DNA of 64,000 nt from assembly GCA_051003195.1 (NCBI GenBank), contig JBPCLP010000045.1:160001-224000 (forward strand), given 5' to 3'. Each line of letters begins with the position of its first letter. Position 1 is the stretch's first letter. Below are positions 58,816 through 64,000 of this stretch, piece after piece. Origin of the DNA: Candidatus Sumerlaeaceae bacterium (GTDB taxonomy: Bacteria; Sumerlaeota; Sumerlaeia; Sumerlaeales; Sumerlaeaceae). A model generated the notes under the pieces. That model was given only the letters and a program-made list of their open reading frames with translations, searched no databases and had not been told where the DNA came from. The translations under genes and the position numbers were made by a program.

Positions 58816-59996
58816 TCTGCCCCTTCGCGGAACAGGCCGTTGAGGAGGCTGTCAAACACGGCAACGCAATCCTGAAATACATCAGCCCTAACGACGTGGG
58901 ACAGACGGGCGGCCACCAGTGCGGCTACTATCTCCCGAAGGCAATTTGGAAGCACTTCACAGTCAACCCGCCGGTCAAAGGCGAAAACGCTGAGCAGTTC
59001 GTTACGATCTCGTGGCAAAATGGGAGTGAATCGTCCTCCCGCATCATTTGGTACGGTAAGGGAACTCGGAGCGAGTACCGGCTCACGCGCTTCGGGAAAG
59101 ACTTCCCGTTCCTGACCCACGACAGCGTGGGCAACCTGCTTGTGCTGATCAAGACTGCAGCAGAAACGTTCCACGCCTTCGTCGTCTACGCCGATGATGA
59201 TATCGAGGAGCTACAGGCGCGACTGAGCATCGAGATCATAGGGACCTGGGCGCACTACAACGCGGAGAAATCGGAATTGGAGTTCGAGTACTCGCACGAG
59301 ACGGAGGACGAGTGTCTCAACCGCCAGTTCCGCAGCTTTTGCCAACTTCTGGACAGCTACCCCTCGGGCAATAGTTTCTCAGAGGCCACGCGAGCGGCGC
59401 TCCTTCACTGCATCCAAGGGTACTGCAGCCTTAGTCCTGACGACAAGCTCATGAGATGTCTGGAGTCGGAGTACGAGCTGTTCCGGATGGCGGAACGCAA
59501 GATCTGCGGGCCGGACGTGCGCAGGTTGTTCCAGTCAGTCGATGATTTTCTCGGAACGGCCAATAGCATCCTGCAGAGGCGCAAGTCTCGCGCTGGTTTG
59601 GCACTGGAGAACCACGTCGAGATGCTTCTCACCGAAGCAGGGGTCCCGTTCGATGCTCAGCCCGGTCCAACTGTTGGACGTATAGATGTCATCATTCCCG
59701 GCAAGCGTGAGTACCTGGACAGCGCGTTCCCGGTGGAGAAGCTCGTGGCAGTCGGCATCAAGACGACATGCAAGGACCGCTGGGCTCAGGTGTTGAAAGA
59801 GGCACCGCGCGTGAAGAAGAAGCACATCCTTACCACCCAGAAGGGAATCTCCGAATCACAGCTCAAGGAGATGCACGAGGCGGGCGTGACCTTAATCGTC
59901 CCTAAGTCCCTCCAGAAGCTGTACACCACCAAACAGTCAGGTATGAACATTCTTTCGCTCGGGGATTTCATTGCTGGGGCGCCCAGGAATGGCTGA
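58812..59996 (+). CDS. EcoRII-like type II restriction endonuclease
   Basis: N-terminal K..S.ND.G.TGGHQ.G.Y (EcoRII-N-like); RRKSRAG.ALENH and [13 protein letters not shown] (EcoRII-C-like); ATGA-coupled to dcm. Confidence 0.9.
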   Translation: MICPFAEQAVEEAVKHGNAILKYISPNDVGQTGGHQCGYYLPKAIWKHFTVNPPVKGENAEQFVTISWQNGSESSSRIIWYGKGTRSEYRLTRFGKDFPFLTHDSVGNLLVLIKTAAETFHAFVVYADDDIEELQARLSIEIIGTWAHYNAEKSELEFEYSHETEDECLNRQFRSFCQLLDSYPSGNSFSEATRAALLHCIQGYCSLSPDDKLMRCLESEYELFRMAERKICGPDVRRLFQSVDDFLGTANSILQRRKSRAGLALENHVEMLLTEAGVPFDAQPGPTVGRIDVIIPGKREYLDSAFPVEKLVAVGIKTTCKDRWAQVLKEAPRVKKKHILTTQKGISESQLKEMHEAGVTLIVPKSLQKLYTTKQSGMNILSLGDFIAGAPRNG

Positions 59997-60399
59997 TGTT
60001 CACTCCCAGGAACAGCGCAGCCGAAACATGGCGGCGATCAGGGCAAAGGACACTAGCCCTGAGATCGCTGTACGCCGCCTCCTTCATCGTCTCGGCTACC
60101 GGTACAGATTGCACGTAAAAGACCTGCCTGGCAAGCCTGACATTGTTCTTCCACGTTTTCACGCCATCGTGGAAGTTCGTGGATGTTTCTGGCACCGCCA
60201 TCCCGGCTGCAGGTATGCGACAAGTCCGGCGACGCGGCAGGAGTTCTGGCAAGCAAAGTTCAAAGAGAACATGGCTCGCGACCGACGCGTAGAAGAGCTG
60301 CTGTCGCAGCAGGGATGGCGTCTGGAGATAGTATGGGAGTGCGAGATCCGCGAAATGGCAACCCTTGAAACAAAGCTGGTGAAATTTCTCAGCCTCTGA
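59989..60399 (+). CDS. vsr: Very-short-patch repair endonuclease
   Basis: MADVHS..QRS.NM..I..KDT.PE, LPGKPD, GCFWH.H, FW..KF..N..RD, VWECE. Confidence 0.95.
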   Translation: MADVHSQEQRSRNMAAIRAKDTSPEIAVRRLLHRLGYRYRLHVKDLPGKPDIVLPRFHAIVEVRGCFWHRHPGCRYATSPATRQEFWQAKFKENMARDRRVEELLSQQGWRLEIVWECEIREMATLETKLVKFLSL

Positions 60400-60500
60400 A
60401 AAAGGAGACGAGATCGTCCTGAACTAACTCCAACCGGGCCTCAGCGACTACATCCTCGGGGAGCTACAAATAAGCAGCCTTTTCGCTTTTGAGAGTAATT

Positions 60501-60866
60501 TCAAAGGGCCTTTTGAAGTATAACCGCCAGCGTTTTAAACAATTCTTCAAGCCTACCTTCGACTTTTAGTCGATGAATCAATTCCTGTATGCTCTCGACC
60601 CGGGCATGCTTGGGCCCGAAAATATGTTCACGCACGTCAATATTCAGCGTAGCTAGAACCTTCAGCAACAAATCCAATTGTACGTTCGTTTGGCCTGCCT
60701 CGATCCGCTGAATGGTACCAAAAGAAACTTCTGCTTGGTCTGCCAGCTGTTTAATCGTGAGCTTAGCGCTTTGCCGTTGGGCCCGGACACGTGCCCCCAG
60801 TCCGACAGTGTCCACTGTGGGGGTGCGTAATTTCAATTGGGCACTCGCGCGTTTTGACACGAACAT
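60501..60866 (-). CDS. XRE-family HTH transcriptional regulator
   Basis: LGARVRAQR....LTIKQLA....VS..TIQRIEAG. Confidence 0.85.
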   Translation of the reverse strand: MFVSKRASAQLKLRTPTVDTVGLGARVRAQRQSAKLTIKQLADQAEVSFGTIQRIEAGQTNVQLDLLLKVLATLNIDVREHIFGPKHARVESIQELIHRLKVEGRLEELFKTLAVILQKAL

Positions 60867-60996
60867 ATCGGGACGTGCGTTGCGCTAAACGGCAAGGTCT
60901 ATGTAGACGCCGTCTCACAATCTTTTAAAATTTCTGAATTTTTAAACGGTTTAGTTGATAGGGACATTCACTACTAAACGTGAGGGAGCGCAAAAA

Positions 60997-61647
60997 ATGG
61001 GTGTTCGTCCGTATATCACAGTGCTTTCAGTGCCGTTGCATTTGGAGGGGGCGACGATCGAGTATGGGCAGCGTGTTGAATGGGTCGCTGCCGACCAGGT
61101 GGTGCCGGAGGACATCTTTGATTGGCTAAACCCGGCGAAGGGCATCGTACGTGAGGTGGCGCTGGCAGACGGCTATAGGCTGCCGCATCCTGAGCAAGCC
61201 GAACATTTGTGGGTAACGGAGGCCCTCATTATGGCAAACAAGGACTTTCCCCGACTGGCTGGTATTGACGGCGAACGCTGCACCGCCCGCCCGGGGTTAG
61301 GAGAAATCTTCGTCAGCAGATCGTTGGATATTTATTTTGTCGACGATCGTAGCGTGACGCAAATACACGGTACTTTTGCCCGCAACGAACTGCTCGAGCG
61401 GCACGGCGAAGTTATCGGAGATCTTCGTGCCCACCTTTACGATGCCGCCGACGAGTACGTACAACGAAAGATTGCCGACGCAACAGCTTTGACAAAGTCT
61501 GACTTTGTATACGAACACCTGGATCAGTACCTCCAGGCACTTGATAACGTTCTGCGCCCATGCGTTCTTCATGAACTCGAACCGGAGCACTTGGACGACA
61601 TCGCCCTGGAAGTACTCGCGCTGACCAACAAGCTGGTGAGGAGCTGA
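60997..61647 (+). CDS. Hypothetical protein
   Basis: Long ORF with GAGGGAG RBS before ATG 60997; 1 bp from the next gene. Confidence 0.6.
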   Translation: MGVRPYITVLSVPLHLEGATIEYGQRVEWVAADQVVPEDIFDWLNPAKGIVREVALADGYRLPHPEQAEHLWVTEALIMANKDFPRLAGIDGERCTARPGLGEIFVSRSLDIYFVDDRSVTQIHGTFARNELLERHGEVIGDLRAHLYDAADEYVQRKIADATALTKSDFVYEHLDQYLQALDNVLRPCVLHELEPEHLDDIALEVLALTNKLVRS

Positions 61648-61648
61648 C

Positions 61649-63016
61649 ATGGCAAACGGACAGCAAATCTCGCGCACCCGTGCCGGTCAACTGCAGCAGG
61701 GCAAGTCCGCCAGCCTGCTTAAGTGTCCAGAGTGCGGTTTTAACATGGAATTATCCTCGGCTTTTAGCGCGCAGGTCCGGCAGCTGGCGGATCAGGAAAT
61801 CGCGGTCGAGCTTGAGCGCGTTCGCGTGGAGGCTACAAAGCTCGCGGCGCAGAACCACAATGCGCATGCCGCCGGGCTTTGCTCCGAGATTGACCAGTTG
61901 CGTTTGAAGCTCGGCGAGCTCCAGCGCGAGCAAGATAGTATTGCCGACCAGAGAGCCCAACTGCAGAAGCAGAGAGCTGAAGTGGAGAACACGATCCGCC
62001 AACGCGTCGATGCTGCCGTTACTGATGCTGGAAAGGCCGCAGCACGACAGACACGGCTAGAGTGCGAGACTCGCGAGAAAGCTCTGGCTCAGGAAGTGTC
62101 GCTGCTTTCCGTTCAGCTAAAGCAGGCGCAGTCTTCCGAACTTGTGCTTCGAAAGGAGCGCCAATCTGTCCAGCAGCTGCGCGACAATATCGAACTAGAG
62201 ATTTGCCGACGGTTGGACACTGAACGCCAGGCTGTCGCCGAGGGTGCACGGGAGAAGGCGGAGCAAACCGGCAGGCTAGCGCTCCAGCAAAAAGAGCTGC
62301 AGATCCGGCGGTTAAATGAACAGATCGAGAAACTCCAATCCTCAACTGCACCCCGCCAGCCCGAATTGCAGGGTGAGTCCCTAGAAGTGCATATTAAACG
62401 AGTGCTCTCGACGAGCTTTCCTGCAGACATAATTGAGGACGTTGCCAGAGGCGAGCGCGGGGCGGATCTCACTCAATCGGTTAGGAATGCATCCCTGCAG
62501 GTGTGCGGCACCATCGTGTGGGAAGCTAAAACTGCCAGGAACTGGAACGAAACCTGGCTCGAGAAGTTGAAGCGGAACCAGTGTGCCTCCGGCGGTGACT
62601 TGGCCGTAATTGTCGCTACTGTGCTGCCTAATGGGGTGGTCGGATTTGGTGTTCGCGACGGAGTGTGGGTCACTCTCCCCTGGTGCGCCGGCGCACTTGC
62701 CACGGCATTGCGCATGACGATCTTGCGTGTCTGGACGATGCAGGCGGCGACAACGACCCGGGAAGAGCGGCTCCGCGCCATCCAAAACTACCTTTGCAGC
62801 ACTACCTTTCGTCTGCAAGCCGAGCAGCTTCTTTCCATTATAACACGGCTTCGTGAAGGCTGCGACCAGGAACAACGCTGGCTTACACGCCAATGGCAGA
62901 AAAGGAAGGCTGCGCTTGATGAATTCGGACATACCGCAGCAGAGATCATCGGTTCCTTGGAAGCAGCAACCGGATCGGAGTTGGTCTTCGAGTCGGACAA
63001 CGAGCATCTCATCTGA
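61649..63016 (+). CDS. DUF2130 family coiled-coil protein
   Basis: N-terminal CPEC, long coiled coil, LQGESLE...L...FP.D.IEDV.RG..GAD..Q.V, GTIVWEAK....W...WL.KLK. Confidence 0.85.
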   Translation: MANGQQISRTRAGQLQQGKSASLLKCPECGFNMELSSAFSAQVRQLADQEIAVELERVRVEATKLAAQNHNAHAAGLCSEIDQLRLKLGELQREQDSIADQRAQLQKQRAEVENTIRQRVDAAVTDAGKAAARQTRLECETREKALAQEVSLLSVQLKQAQSSELVLRKERQSVQQLRDNIELEICRRLDTERQAVAEGAREKAEQTGRLALQQKELQIRRLNEQIEKLQSSTAPRQPELQGESLEVHIKRVLSTSFPADIIEDVARGERGADLTQSVRNASLQVCGTIVWEAKTARNWNETWLEKLKRNQCASGGDLAVIVATVLPNGVVGFGVRDGVWVTLPWCAGALATALRMTILRVWTMQAATTTREERLRAIQNYLCSTTFRLQAEQLLSIITRLREGCDQEQRWLTRQWQKRKAALDEFGHTAAEIIGSLEAATGSELVFESDNEHLI

Positions 63017-63546
63017 AGCTTAAGAACAAAACCAAAGTGGTGTGTCAGGCTTTTGCCGCCAAAGCCGCATCAACGATGTAATCGAGTGTCCCGAACACGC
63101 GGGGAAGGATTGCTTTGGACGGGGGTTATACACTGCGCAATCTGCAACTTCTACAACTGGAACTCAGTCCATGCGACACCGTTGCGTGACAGCAATTACC
63201 TGGGTTTGGCGGTCACATAAGGCGAAAAGTCAATTGCGGCTCTTCTGAAACATTATGTGAAAACGACAACTAACAAACGCGCGTTCATTCTGGGAAGGCT
63301 CCATCGGTATCCAATATGTGGCAGCTGCCACTTATACAATGGTAAGCCTAGACATTATTTCGGCCACTCACCTGTTGTTGCTCAGCGATTTTCCGCTTTA
63401 TCAAGACCTTCGGCTAGTTAGTACTGCTGAGTGGTTTTAAAGCAGTGATGGACTGATCCCGGTGGCTGCCGCGCTTCTCCTTGTAGTTGCAAACAGTCTT
63501 CAGATAGTCGTACGCGGTATGCTCCTTCACCGTCGGCAGCCAAGGA

Positions 63547-64000
63547 TTGCTCGGACAGAATGATTCTAGCATCCAACTCGACAACACGCCACAGGTTGGC
63601 GAAATCGCACTCGGTAAAAAGCAACTTGTCTGGCCAGTCTCGGAAATTCTGAATCAGGCCAGGACCAAATTAAAGAGGGGCAATGATATCGGCGCGATTG
63701 AACTGTGCAACCAGGTAGTGGTTCTGGAGCCAGGGAACCCCCAGGCGCAGGAAATCCTGCGAGATGTTTTGAAGCTGCAGGAAGCGCTGCGCGCCAAGGC
63801 AAACGCCGAAGCAGCGGCTCGGGCGCGTGCCCAGGCCGAAATTGCTGCACGCAATGCGGCTGTGGAAGCCGCCCGAAACCAAGTGAAGGCAGAGCAGGAA
63901 GCACGGGAGAAGGTGGAAGCGGACCGTATTGCTGCCGAACGGGCGGATCGGATCCAACTCGAACAGGCGAAGGTAATTGCGGAACGTAATCGTGTGCGGG
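63547..64000 (+). CDS. Partial hypothetical protein with TPR-like and Ala/Glu/Arg coiled-coil segments (runs off window)
   Basis: Open frame ..AIELCNQVVVLEPGNPQAQEIL..EAAARARAQAEIAARNAAVEAAR..; start unclear. Confidence 0.5.
   Translation, partial: MLGQNDSSIQLDNTPQVGEIALGKKQLVWPVSEILNQARTKLKRGNDIGAIELCNQVVVLEPGNPQAQEILRDVLKLQEALRAKANAEAAARARAQAEIAARNAAVEAARNQVKAEQEAREKVEADRIAAERADRIQLEQAKVIAERNRVR

Larger units (their letters stand above)
38354..64000. mobile_element. tRNA-Gly-integrated genomic (defence) island, right end outside the window
   Basis: Integrase and excisionase abut the tRNA 3' end; cargo looks less GC-rich than the backbone by eye; defence genes and pseudogenes. No duplicated tRNA 3' end seen in the window. 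Confidence 0.85.

Noticed and set aside
38354..64000. Prophage or ICE
   Set aside because: No virion, replication or conjugation genes in the visible part; the remainder lies outside the window.

Overview
Bacterial chromosomal window with two parts. Bases 1-38353 are host backbone: the 5' part of gltB, a small nucleotidyltransferase pair, accA, cysC, tRNA-Asn, nhaP, a Cu/Ag-type CusBA efflux pair, a DUF2339/DUF3999 pair, maeB and tRNA-Gly. It also carries several large secreted multidomain enzymes (GH18, SGNH, beta-lactamase-fold, metallophosphoesterase, GxGYxYP) and a secreted 15-Cys metallothionein-like peptide. Short C-terminal tails on two secreted proteins recall Candidatus Sumerlaeota (BRC1); this is inference only. 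From the 3' end of tRNA-Gly (38353) to the window end lies an integrated island. It opens with a tyrosine integrase whose reading frame runs into the tRNA, an excisionase and decayed gene remnants. A co-oriented ~18.4 kb defence-like block follows: GHKL-ATPase/histidine kinase, receiver protein, C5 methyltransferase; Mrr_N-like plus triple C2H2 zinc-finger protein, UvrD helicase, DrmA-like helicase, DrmB-like DUF1998, NERD-helicase; and an EcoRII-like R-M system with an RHH-fused methylase, a dyad operator candidate and Vsr. This block is the best candidate for an undescribed system: a DISARM-like core without DrmC/D/E, next to a phosphorelay-methylase module. All family calls come from motifs read by eye; no database searches were run.
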